DNA of 64,000 bases from Paramecium tetraurelia (lineage: Eukaryota): NCBI GenBank assembly GCA_000165425.1, contig CT868407.1, positions 385,204 to 449,203 of the forward strand. The letters run 5' to 3'. Position 1 is the first letter of the stretch; each line of letters begins with the position of its first letter. Of the stretch, positions 52,109-64,000 are shown piece after piece. The position numbers and the translations under genes were made by a program. Below the pieces are notes generated by a model. It was not told where the DNA came from, did no database searches, and saw nothing but the letters and a program-made list of their open reading frames with translations.

Positions 52109-52389
52109 TCAAATTTCTTATCCACTTGAGGCTACATTAAGTATTTAGAATAAAGCTATAAATCTTAATTTCTTAATATACCTGATCCAACCACTACAAA
52201 TAGGAATACGCCCAAAAGAATTGGTCCAACAGGAAGGTTTTCTTCTTTTTTCTATTCATATATGATGTTTTCATTACAATTAATGATTTGGGTACTTTTC
52301 CTTATTTGTTAATGTTTCCTTGATAGTTTTAGCTTCTCAATTTCATGGTTTAGGCGGATGGCTAAATATTTACAACACATAAGTACCAT
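52109..52389 (-). CDS. RAMP4: RAMP4/SERP1 ribosome-associated ER membrane protein
   Basis: Four exons (the first is the ATG alone) give MPSAQTMKLRSQNYQGNINKQGKVPKSLIKKEENLPVGPILLGVFLFVVVGSALFQILNVASSGQEI. Confidence 0.92.
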
Positions 52390-52649
52390 TTTGTTCCTAA
52401 ATATTTATAGATTTTATTATTAAATTTACGCGTGTTTATAGTTTCAATATGAATTGTATTAAATAACAATAAAGTGCTATAAAAAATAATAACATTTTAA
52501 CACAAAAAATAAATATTTTGAATTTCAATCTCCATTCTTGATAAATATCATAAGCGCAATAACATAGTCAATCTTCAATTGTATATTCTAATGCATTAGA
52601 TTAAAATCAAAATTCGAAAGTAGAATAATAATTTTAGATTATTTTCTAT

Positions 52650-54021
52650 TATGCTATAACTTAGTTTATGAAACAAATTATTTATTTTATTATAACTACA
52701 TGTGATTATTGTAGAATTCATAATTTAATCAATATTAACAATTTCAAAGATTTTGATACTTTCCATCTTAAAGATATCATTTTCTTAGTCAAGTAATGAT
52801 CCAAGTAATAAAGCACAACTGCTACTTATCTAACTTATAAAATTTTGATAAAAATCATAATTCCCATAGGATGGTCTTGTCCTTTTTCTTACTGTTTCTG
52901 TTTAACTTAGAGGAATTGTTGCAAAAACCATTGTAGCAATCTAACAAACTGACTATAATCTCTTTTTAGTTTTTACATTATTAATATAAACTTAAGAGTT
53001 TTCTATTAACAATGATAGCAAAAATAGAAAACCTAAAATTTGTTGAGTTCAGATCGTTCACTTAAAAATTTTATAATATAAAATTTCATGCATGGCATGA
53101 TTTAAGACTTCATCATTATTTGCTGAAATTGAAAAAACTCTCTTTAACTCAGCGTAATAATGGATGTAATGGAACTCGTTTTTAATTATAATATAGAAAT
53201 GTTCCTACGATGGAACTATTGATGATACAAAATTTTAGGTCTTGAAAGCTGATGAATTGAGATTATTAACTAAATCAAGCTTAACAATTACCAATTTAAT
53301 TAGTACTCTGAATGATAAAATAAAGAGGGAAATATCTGAGAGTATTTGAGAATTATTAAATAAATTAATAATTAGAGAATCAGTTATGAATATAGAGACG
53401 CCTGAAACAATAAAGGTTTCAAAAACTAATAGTTCTAATTCCAATCGTTTTTGTTTGATTCCAGAGAAAATTGATTTTAACGATCCAAAACCATTAATAA
53501 GATTTAAGACTCTATTGGCTCATTAAATCATTTAAAAGTGAAGTAAGTTTAGAAACCTATCTTTATAGTTCTCTTCACTAAGTTCCCAATTTTGCAATTT
53601 TGATCTGATGATTGTGATTATTATCAGATAATAAAAAAATATAAAAAATTAACTAATCCTTGGTATTCTTCCTACAATCAGCAATATAATGAATATTGTT
53701 CGCCCAATAATAATTCATTTGTACCATACAAAATCAAAGGAAGAAAACCCCTATAATTTTAAAAGTGCCATTTTATGGAATATACTATATATAAATGTAA
53801 TTAAAACTACTTTCTTCCATAATAAGCCATCGTTATTAAGAATATCAATTATTTCTGACTACAACTTGACAAATGTATATAAAACTCGTTTTATTTACAA
53901 ATTAATAAGTTTGTATAAGAAAGTAAAATAAATTCGTTACAAAAATAAACCAAAATGGATCTAAATTTAAAAATCAGTGATTGAGTTCTGTAGTTACCAC
54001 TTAATACTTCATAAAATTTGA
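52650..54021 (+). pseudogene. Degenerate coding-like block
   Basis: A single frame from about 53200 to 54021 reads as protein-like but has TGA at 53347-53349 and 53539-53541. The upstream part is fragmented. Confidence 0.35.
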
Positions 54022-54097
54022 AAAATAAAACTGAAAGTTTTTCATCAGATTGAAAAAAAAATACACATTTATATATAATAAATAAATTGATAATATA

Positions 54098-54977
54098 ATG
54101 ACATCAAAATTATTAGCAGTAGTGACATTGGAAACTGATGATGTTCCAAATTTTATACATATATATGAAGATGATGATATAGAATTACTAATAGTTGCAT
54201 TTTGTGAAATAAACCAAATTAAAGAAGCAGGAAGGCAATTCATTATTTCAGAAATTAAAAACCACTTATAATCAATTAATAGATATACACTGGACATCAA
54301 GGTGTAAGCTGAATTCCAAGAAAAACAATCTTCTAATAAGGACAACAAAGATTGTAAATTGTTAAAAAATAAACTTTCTAGAATTGATCAAAAATAATAA
54401 GATGTGTTAACAGTAAAATAATAATCAAATATTTAATACAAACTTCACTCTCAATACTATCTATAACTCTGATCAATTGCAAATAAAAAAAATAGAAGGT
54501 AGACAATAATTAAATACTGAAAATAGCAATTAAAGTAAATTGGAACATTAATAATATGGTAGTGGAATTCTTAATTGTAACTAAATAGAAAGAAAACGAG
54601 GTATCGCTCCTAATTATAGATATGGAAAATCATCTTAATAAACTAAGGAGAGATCAGAGACATTGGGAAATAAGTAAAATGACTATGTAAGTAAGTAAAA
54701 TAACTATTAATGCACAAATGAAAGGAAAAAGATCTTTGATGCTGATCAACCAAAAATAAAGTACAAATAAGATTTGGAGCAAATTAAAAACATCTTTACA
54801 TAGCTCGACAGTGATGATGACGGTAAAATCAGTTCTGAAGCTATAAATTTGAGAATAGGAGAATCATGCTTCTAACTGATAGCTCCAGTCTTGTTTCACA
54901 TGTAAGAGTAAAGGATGGTATTAGATTTTGATTCGTTTGTATATTTAATAATATCTTTTAATATATTGATTTATTGA
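54098..54977 (+). CDS. Protein with C-terminal EF-hand-like motif
   Basis: 28-nt intron at 54354-54381; IKNIFTQLDSDDDGKISSEAI; TGA at 54975-54977. Confidence 0.75.
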
Positions 54978-55037
54978 AAACTAATTTTTTTTCATTAATA
55001 ATACTCTCACAAAAATATTAAAAACTAGTTATACACA

Positions 55038-56456
55038 ATGCAACAACAAAAAAAGTAATAAACTGCGCATCTCAATCCTATTCTGTGGTAACCTTTAGAG
55101 AAATTATAACTGACACTTTTGAGTCAACATCTCATATATTCTGGGATTATTTGGATTAGAAGTGAGGATCAACAATTGCATGAGGAATAAGTTTCATTAT
55201 ATGCTGATAGGTAGATAGTTAGAATTAATTAAGATTGCAAATTCACTAATTGTTTTGTAATTTGACTTAAACAATAATACGAAAAAATATTCAAACAATA
55301 AAGTTGGTATAAGGGAAGAATAGTACAGAGATCTTTTTCAATAGAAGTGCCGATTTGGAGAATTGGTTTAACATGTTGAAAAGATTTACGATTCAGTTAA
55401 ATTTTAGTAAGGACTACAAATTGAATAAGAGATTGGGATACCAAGATCCACAGACACAGATTTATCAGGCGAGATGCTTTGCGAACAATGTTAATTATAC
55501 AGTGAAGGTCATTCAAAAAAATAACAAATTCGATCCTAAATTAATACAATAGGAAATTAATATCTTAAGAAGAATCAAACATAAGAATATCATCAATTTG
55601 GTGGAAGTATATGAAGATCAATATACGATATTTTTGGTTTTCGAGAACTATTTCGGCACTGAAATGGTGTATCGATTTGAAGATATTTTAAATAGTCAAG
55701 AACCACAATATGCAAGGATTATATATAAATTATTAGAAATTTTGTCTTGCATTCACTCTTTGGGAATTATTCATGGAGACATAAAATTAGAGAACATATA
55801 TGTGAAATCAGACAATTTGGTGGACATCTGTTTGGCCAATTTCAATTAATCTGAGTTCATAGAAAGTTAAGTGAAGGGAATCAAAGGAAGTGAGGGGTAA
55901 ATTTAATTGAAATTTAGATTCTTAGTTACTAATCGCCTGAGTTATTGAATGGGAAGCCTTACGATCAGAGTGTCGACATTTATGCAGTGGGAATTATTTT
56001 TTATTACTTCATATATCAAGTGATGCCATTTAGTGAATCGTAAGAACATGTATTGATTATTATAAGGCTTAGAACGACAATAAATCAGGCTAAATAGAAT
56101 TTCCCCAAGTCAGAAACACCTCCTATGCCATTGATTTATTGAAATAAATGCTATAAGTTGAACCAAAATAGCGAATCAAACCCAATGTGGCAATGAATCA
56201 TGAATGGTTCATCAAAATGAAGGTGCAAGAGAAGTTATTCAAATAAAAAAGTTTCAAAGACTTCACGCTTCCAACTATTTTGGAAAAGTCAGACATTTTT
56301 ACTCAATCTCCCGGCCAACAGCCTAAACGAGAATGCATTGGGGTTTTTGAGGATGAGTTCTTAATGGACAGTCTCTCTGATAGAATGGGATTATTAAAAA
56401 ATGCTTTTAATCCTTCGAAGTTGAATCATGACATTTTTTAAAAGAAATAGAAATGA
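55038..56456 (+). CDS. CAMK-like kinase-fold protein with PH-like N-terminus; probable pseudokinase
   Basis: YTVK, EINILRRIKHKNII, IIHGDIKLEN, GYQSPE and DIYAVG are present, but DFG is replaced by NFN and the Gly-rich loop is lost. Three introns. Confidence 0.85.
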
Positions 56457-56494
56457 AATCTAACTCTATATTATTATTAATATAAACGCAATTA

Positions 56495-56893
56495 TCAAAT
56501 CATGATTGGTTAAGAGAGGGAATCATAATTCTATGGAGTAGGGATGAGAGTTTTCTTTTTCTGTAGTTTTCTCTCCAATATATTAATTACTGAGTATTGA
56601 GAATTTTCACTGAAGAACCTTTATCTTTTTCTTATCGACTTTTTAGTTTTCATTATTTCTTTGGGACTGGTGGGTTCTTCCTCCAAAATTGTTTATAAAG
56701 GCATATTCAACTAATTTTGAGAGACATCATTGGCTAAATCTAATTCTGGTATGAAGAGAGTGGACTGCTTAATTGGTCTAAATATTAAAGATGAGTATTA
56801 CTTAAGCTGAGGAGTATCTGGTAATTGATTATGTTAATCAACAAATTCTTCAAAAGTCAAGGCGGAGTTAAACCTTTTTCTTTTATCACACAT
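56495..56893 (-). CDS. Hypothetical protein (132 aa)
   Basis: Intronless MCDKRKRFNSALTFEEF...SQPIMI-TGA. Confidence 0.7.
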
Positions 56894-57143
56894 ATAAATA
56901 ATTATTTTCAAAAATATTTTTAAATATTTGCAAAGCATTATCAATTAAATAGAGATAATTAGGAAACCATAATAAATGATGTAATAAAGTATTGGATTTA
57001 TAAACCATTTTGTCATTCTACATAACTCCCTCATAATAAAGTAGTTTCAAAAATTCCCATGTCGCAATCTCTTCTTCAATAAATAACAAATTGAATTAGA
57101 TAGAATATTATTCTTAATATAAATAATATTAAAATCATCTCTT

Positions 57144-58095
57144 ATGCAATACTAACAAGCAAATATAAATGCTGAGTTTTTAACCGACCACGGACAACCT
57201 TTGCAATCTCAATAAGGCCTGCAATAACAACCAGTGCAAGGATAACCAGTAGTAGGATAACCCATTCAACAATAGTACTCTTTTAATCTATTTTAGATAT
57301 CAATATTACCCCTAATCTCAAGTACAATATCCCCAATAGATATATGCCCAATACCCATAATATCCTCAAAGAATTTAGTATGGAAATGGATATTAATAAC
57401 AAATGGTCTTGGTTCCTTAAACTGGACTTGTTGTTGCAGTTCAACCAATCAATCCCATAGTTGCAAAGGAAATGGAGCTACGCTCATATACAAGATAGTA
57501 AGCCATTTAACACATCATAGTTTTTATGGATGCAACTGCTGTATTGGTGTTTTAGCAATGGTCTTTTTGATTATTCGCTGTGTGGCAACTTTTTCATAAG
57601 GAGGAGCAGCTTTGTCGGCTGGTGTTATGTATATTATCTCGTAATGAAATTGTATTAATTCAAGCGATTTCTTTTTTGTTATCGGAGCCATCATCGGCAT
57701 TTACTCAATTAGTAGATATGTGGAAAGACTGTTATTACATTATTAAGTTCTATTGATCCTGGCTTTAATATTTGAAATCATTGGATCCATTATAATTTTT
57801 GCCACTTTTGACAACACTCAAGATGACAATAATGATAATAGTTCTGAAGATGGCAGGGAAAGTCAAAGGGGTGTTGGGTATAAATTAATGTTAATCATAA
57901 AGATTGATATTCTTTATTATTTCTCTCATTATTGTAGTCGTTTGCTATGGAATGTTCATTAGATATGCGAGACAAATCAGATATATGATGATAGATTTGA
58001 ATATCTCCAGAGCGACCCTTCAGAACTAGATTGCTTAATAAGGACCAGTTTAACCATAAGGAGTAGTTTACTAAGGAGGTGGTCCATAAATTTGA
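57144..58095 (+). CDS. Membrane protein with Q/P/Y-rich N-terminus and about four TM helices
   Basis: QYYPQSQVQYPQQIYAQYPQYPQ low-complexity start, GCNCCIGVLAMVFLII plus three more hydrophobic segments, about four introns, TGA at 58093-58095. Confidence 0.75.
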
Positions 58096-58675
58096 ACGAT
58101 TAATATATATATCTATATAAATAAGTTTTTCATATTAGAACTCCATGTGATCATTAGGTAGTTAGAAATATATAGAGATTAAATATAAATATTAATGCCA
58201 ATTTATAATGAAGTTTGGGAGGAGGAAGGTAAGATCATATATATTCTGTAGATTTCATGTTCAGAAACATGATTAATCTCTAAACTTTGACAAAGAATCA
58301 TGTTAAATTATTGGACAATCTGAAATTTGAGTTTGTTGAGTACAAAGTAATTTCACATTCAATCAACATTATAGGCAAATCAATTGTTGGCTTGTCATCT
58401 ATATGATAGAATGGCCCAACATTGCAAGAATCAATTTGGTCTTTTCGAAGATTCTTTTGTGCCTGAATGTCTTGATGCCAGAAATTACTTTTAATTGTGT
58501 GTAAGAATGAATGCATCCTATGGTTTGGCCAAAAAGTATTTCCCAGAGTAAATAACTTAATTATGTATATCTAGATACTTCTTAACAAATGAATATTCCA
58601 GACCGAACCCAAACTTTAAGGAATTAGGACTTTGAATAATAAGAATAATTTATCAAGCATAACATTAATTATATA

Positions 58676-60418
58676 TCAATAATCAGATGAGTTAGACTAA
58701 TCCATTGAATTCTGTATGCTGCCTCTCTTCCTTGTCTTTCTTTGAGATAAGTTTAATTATTCTATTTTCTTAGCCTATTTTATAATTTATATAAATTTAC
58801 TCTTTTTTATAACTTCTATTGCAACTTGCCCAACAATGTTGCCACCTTTCTTTGTTTTGGAGATAGTCTATTGTTCTCATATCTATCGTTTTCTTTGTCA
58901 TCAACAGGAGATCTGGATCTAGGCAATGATTTCAGATGAGACTTTGATTGTTGTCTTGATTTAGATTAAGCCTTCTTAGATTTAATGAAATTTATGATCG
59001 AACTACTTGAAGAACTATGAGATGATTTTTCTGAAGAAGATTTTGAAGCTGATTTCTATTTCTATCTCCCCCTTGAAGCTGGCTTCTTTTTATCATAATC
59101 TTTATGCTTTTCTTAAGTATATTCCTATTGCACATAATCCTTGAAACTCTTGACCAACTCTTTTTATTGATTTTTAAACTTAGATTCTTATTATTGAAAT
59201 AAGACCTAGAAGTTTCCTGATAATTCACTTATCTTCTTATCAATTACATCTTCAAACTTGTTCATTTGGTGTTATGATTGTTAAGGCTACTGAGAAGGAG
59301 TTACTTATTGAGGCTGTTAAGTTTATTGTTGAGTTATTTAACCAGTATTGTAAACTTATCTCTTATTGGCATCAAAACTAACTTCACTTTAATTTTATTA
59401 AATATATTTATGGATTGAATCTTCCTATTCTTATTATTTATCCTTAATTTGAGTAACCATCTTATATAATCGTTAAACTTAACTCTCCAATTGTTCACAT
59501 TTATCCTTCCAATCTTACACTTCCTTTTTCAATATATTAATCTCATTCAAATTTTTGCTCTATATATCCAGAACCATTCTTTCTGTTGATGTCAATCTTT
59601 AATAAGAATCTGGCACATCTTCTGTGATATTACTTTTATGGAACCCTTGCTTAGTTTATGATTAACTAGACTTTCCTTATTAATGACTCTATTTTAAACT
59701 TGCAACTTCTCTTCCCATACTATGAATTTTTTATGCTAAATCCTGATATTCATTTATTTTAACATCTTATCTTTCGTTTCTTTCATTTCTTTCGTTTCTT
59801 TCATTTCTATCATTTCTATCCAATCTTTCAAATCTATCCATTCTATCTGATCTTTCATGATGTTCAAGTTCTTCTTTTTCGAATTGATGTTTATATTAAC
59901 TATTGTTATTTTCAGTCTATTGCTAAGATTCAGTAACACTCTCTGTACTGATCATTGCATATTCTTCAAGTAAATATACTTAATTCAAATAAGTTTTAGA
60001 AGCACCAAAAGTCTCCTTGATAATGATCTTAATAAATTGATATCTAGTTCCTAAAGGATCGATTTAAAACAATTATATTCCTTGTTTCAATTCAGGATAC
60101 AAAGTTGTCCAAGTGATAAAATTTTCGCCATTTAATGATACCATCAACTCAATTACCGATGGATTGCTTTAATAATCATGCCAACAATCGAAACCGAAAC
60201 ATTTGATAAATTTTGGTCTTTCTTAAACTTGAGACAAATCTAGAGTAATATATTAAGGCAATCCTGCTAAGGACATCCATAATGACTAACATTTTAGTTT
60301 ATTATCATACTTTTCTTTCTTAGATCAGAATGTTATCAGCTGCACAATTAGGTAATGTAGAACTGACATTACAAACTCTAACTCCGTTTTCTGATGTACA
60401 ATAATTTTAGTGTTCCAT
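58676..60418 (-). CDS. Protein with N-terminal galactose-binding-like (jelly-roll; IFT25/APC10-type) domain and coiled-coil/low-complexity C-terminus
   Basis: SLWMSLAGLPQYITLDL...NPSVIELMVSLNGENF...FIKIIIKETFGASKTYLNQVYL; two or more introns; TGA at 58676-58678. Confidence 0.7.
59770..59859 (-). repeat. Imperfect 9-nt tandem repeat encoding (x-[DE]-R)x10
   Basis: HERSDRMDRFERLDRNDRNERNERNERNER in frame with the 58676-60418 gene. Confidence 0.85.
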
Positions 60419-60610
60419 TTGAATTTAAATTTTAAAATAAATAAACTTAAATAATTGAATATAATAAACATTCAAATAGCTTAAAGGATGATTTGATGTC
60501 CCATAGGTATTAGATTAAGTGTAAGTCGTTCTCATTTCAAAATTAGAAATCATAAAATTAAGTTTCTAAGAATAACTTTAATTTTAATTTTATTTATTTG
60601 TGTACATTAT

Positions 60611-62554
60611 ATGGGGAAAAAAAATAAAAAACAAAAAAATCAAGACAGCGATCCAATTGTTAAGCAAATTAGGAAAAAAAAACCATAATAAATCTAGAAA
60701 CAAGAATAGGTTGAAGAAATGACTGATGATGAAGAAATATCAGAATAACAAAATGAGGATGATTAAATTTTTGAACATGTGGTTGATTTTAAAAATACAA
60801 ACGAAAAACCTTCCCATTATTAAAATCTACTCAAAAAACTTAATGTGAAACAACAGCAAGCAGATGATAATTACGGAAGTTCAGAATCAGCTAGATTGAA
60901 TATCAAATAAGAAAATAAGTCTGTGTATGCAAAAATGAAAAAGTATGAAGTAGTTAAACTGCCTAATGACAATCCCTTTTCCCATTTTGAATATGATCAT
61001 CAAGAATTAAGAAAAACAATTTGTATCGGTGATATCGAAATTGAATAACCTGAATAATTAAATGCTTTTTTTAAAGAGAAAACTACAAAATTAGTACATA
61101 CTCTAAATAATGGAGTAGAATTTAAAAAATATGAATTAAATAAATAACTAAAAAACAAAGCCTTAATCGACTTGAATTGCAAAAATGAAGATTATAATAT
61201 TGAAACATTATCCTAAAAATAATTAATTAAAGATGATAAATTTGTATTGCCTGTAGTGAAGGACTCAGAAGATGAAAAAGAATTATTACAGTCTAATCTA
61301 ATATATAGTTACTTTGATTATATTGAAACAGATCCTGATGAATAGAATGCCGAAAAATTTAGAAAAACATATATTACGCATATTACAAATCATTTAGATA
61401 AAGAAAAAGAATCATATGGGTTTACAAGATGCAAAGTGCTAATCCTAACAGCATTTAAAGGAGATGCAATCTCAATAATTAATTAATTAATTTAAACTGA
61501 TAAAGAAGTTGTTAATAAAGAAAGATATGAGAATGAATTCTGTGATGAGGAGAGACTTGAAGAGGATGATTTTAGAATCGGTATTCAATTCTCAAGATAA
61601 GGATATGTCAAATTGCATGCGAATTTTGATAAATCAGATATTATCGTCACTTCCACCTTGGGAATGAGATTAATTATAGGTACATAGGATTAAAAGCATA
61701 GAGAAACCCACTTTCTGTCTTCTATTGAAATATTGGTAATCGATAGAGCTTCTTCTATTTATATGTAGAATTGGAGTTATTTAGAGGATATTTTAGAGGC
61801 AACTAATTTGCTACCTAATCATAAAAACATAACTAGTGAATTGAGTACAATAAGACCTTACTGTTTTGAGAATTTGTCCAAGTTTTATAGATAAAACATT
61901 GTTTATACTGATCATTACTTTTAGGAATTGAATTTCCTTAGAAAATAATACTTTACAAATTATAAGGGATGTATTAGCAATAAGATTTACTATAATTAAT
62001 TATTCTAAAAGTCTGTCAACTTTTAATAAGAATTTAGATAAATTGATTGTTCCAATACTGAATAATAAATAGAATAAAGATTCAATCAGTTTAAAAAGCT
62101 TTGGAATGACATTGAAAATAATAAAGGCTCATAGTTTAAAAAAACTGTGATATTTGTTTAATCATATTTTGATTTTGTTACCTTAAAGGGACATTTCAAA
62201 AGAATCAATAGTAATTGTGAATGCGTAAGTGAATATACAAAAAGGAGTAAGGTTCAAAGCATCATTAGTAAATTTAAGGATGGTAGAATCCAATATATCA
62301 TGATGACTGAAAGAGCATACTTTTTTGAAATAATTTAACTGAGATCAATGAAAAATATTGTCTTTTATCAATTACCTCAACATTCAATTATTTACAAATA
62401 ATTGATTTAAAGCATTGAAAATTTGGGTAATAAAACTTAGATTATTACCTACTATAGCAAATTTGATGCATATTAGCTTGAAACTATAGTTGGAACATTA
62501 CGGGCAGAAGAAATGATTTCAGAATAAAACAAGAGAACTACTTTTATTTTATGA
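60611..62554 (+). CDS. UTP25: U3 snoRNA-associated protein 25 (UTP25/DEF), intronless, 647 aa
   Basis: GFTRCKVLILTAFK, DDFRIGI, SDIIVTSTLGMR, FLSSIEILVIDRA..MQNW (Q=TAG), MTERAYFF, LYSKFDAYQLETIVG. Confidence 0.93.
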
Positions 62555-62606
62555 TAATCCCATTTTGAATGTTTATAGATGTGAAATGCATATATTATAT
62601 TTTTAT

Positions 62607-64000
62607 TCACCATGGTATATCCTAGGTTCCACTATTCTATTTTTGATAGTTTTCATATCCATCTTATAACTAGTAATTAACTTAATGATTTGGATTATCA
62701 ACGGATAAAGAGGGGTAGTTAGTGGTGTTGATACTCAAATTTTGAGAGTAGTTTACATTTAGAAAATCATTTTATTAGGGAGGTTAATGTTATATTTAAT
62801 ATGGTGGTTATGTATAATTGACCTATTGATGCTGTTGGGCTATTGGTTTTTAAATTTAGGGTTTCGTTAAACATTTCTATATTTCTGTCTGTAGTTCTTA
62901 TTCTTGTGCCTTCAAACTATTAAAAATTAATTGTAATTTATTCATTTGTTAAATTAAAAATTCTATATCTTTCTCTTTCTGTTAAATCAATTGTTTTTAC
63001 GCATTATTATTAGAGTTGCTTGAAAATTGCATAACCAATTAGTTTAATTGATTTTGCAGTTATTATTATTGCATAGTTAATGCCTGCAATTCACCATTCT
63101 ATTAGAACTAAGCTTACTACCCTGATTATACTCTAGTATCATTTGATTGAGAGATTTATGGATTGTCATATTGTACTTTGATATCTTTAATTATGATAGA
63201 TTATTGAGGTTAGCTTTGTGCAATTAATCTTTACAGCGAGTCAGGTAAGTATTAAGGCAAAGGGATATTTTTCCTACATAGAGCAATCAAATGAATAGCA
63301 ACGATGTATTCATTCTTAAATAAGAATCCTTTTTAGTTGGTATCAACAAGTGCCCACAATTCTTTTAGTATTTCATTCGATAGTTCAGATTTAAAAAAGA
63401 TTGCCTTTGCAGCTTCACCTTCAATGTAGCCTTATTACTTTTTATCTTGTTATTAGTAATGTAAGTTGTATCTCTCATAAAGTTCATTAGTAATATCAAA
63501 TTGAGTTGAATTATCCTGTTGCCCCATTTGCATTAAAGGGGGTTTGTATTATTGTTAATTTATAACAGGCGCTGTTTGATATAGTTGAGCAATTGGTATT
63601 TGAGAAGGTTGAGGAATTGGTTGTTGATAAGCCCCGAGGGAAGGGGATAACAATACTTATTAAGGATGTGGAAATCCATCTATCACTGGCAAACGGACTT
63701 ATTTATTTTCCATTAATAGTTAAGGATTCAATTCAAATCCGTTTTAACAATATGCTATCAATTTCATAATCGTTAGAAATTCCTAATGGTACAACTTGTT
63801 TTCATTATTTGAAACAGCCATTAACCAAATAGCTTTTAGTTTATCCGATGGCAATTAACTTTTTTTGAAAAATAAAATTGTGTCTTTGGCATTAGTACTT
63901 CCAATACCCTATAGAGTTATTTCTTTAATTTACTTAAGGATCAAGAGTGCTCCAAAGTTGTCTAAAATATTGATCTTCTTCAGGAGTCAATTATAAATTA
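62607..64000 (-). CDS. EH-domain endocytic adaptor (Eps15/Pan1-like), start just outside window
   Basis: Two EH domains (FFKKSQLPSDKLKAIW; FFKSELSNEILKELWALVDTNQKGFL..EYIVAIHLI...LPQYLPDSL) then a coiled coil. TGA at 62607-62609. Confidence 0.9.

Noticed and set aside
58130..58665. Possible minus-strand gene (ORF track 58298..58516)
   Set aside because: All frames meet TGA and no consistent spliced model was found; it may be a remnant.
63790..63810. Apparent frameshift in the first EH domain
   Set aside because: A recount shows the frame is continuous (NNENKLYHQEFLTIMKLIAY).
1..64000. Euplotes-type +1 frameshifting at AAA-TAA/TAG
   Set aside because: TAA/TAG behave as in-frame Gln in conserved motifs, and frame changes are explained by short GT..AG introns.
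1..64000. CRISPR arrays, transposons, rRNA/tRNA/snoRNA genes, or clear IES insertions
   Set aside because: No repeat-spacer array, transposase or RT motif, terminal inverted repeat or structured RNA was recognised. Small ncRNAs in AT-rich gaps (e.g. 29680-30210, 35125-35740, 37260-38030) cannot be excluded without covariance searches.

Overview
AT-rich, gene-dense eukaryotic DNA from a ciliate, almost certainly a Paramecium macronuclear chromosome (genus inferred, not confirmed by any search). TAA/TAG occupy conserved Gln positions, every gene whose 3' end I could trace ends in TGA, and introns are 22-32 nt GT..AG. The supplied standard-code ORF track is therefore mostly fragments or antisense artefacts, so I re-read the window by hand with the ciliate code. 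About 40 protein genes are present. Recognisable ones include a kelch protein, eIF3c, a TRAFD1/XAF1-like zinc finger, a RAP-domain protein, a WDR62/MAPKBP1-like WD40, a three-repeat Myb, CCDC174-like, cytochrome P450, SOSS-B/hSSB1-like, two kinase-fold proteins, a BT1 folate/biopterin transporter, a B-box protein, ANTH-like, eS6, a class I PDE, a RING-TRAF E3, Yip1, RAMP4, UTP25 and an EH-domain protein, plus several decayed coding-like blocks. No RNA gene, mobile element or CRISPR array is supported. The best leads are: (1) a 79-aa secreted prepro-peptide with an 8-Cys domain that the ORF track misses; (2) a tandem trio in which a PP4R3-like unit runs in frame into the presequence of a RAP-domain protein, whose stop lies 13 nt from the next ATG inside an inverted repeat; (3) head-to-head genes with ATGs 10 nt apart; (4) a PDE with Glu at the invariant Gln; (5) an eS6 gene with insertion-only frameshifts. 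Family calls come from motifs recognised by eye, and exon boundaries are manual predictions.
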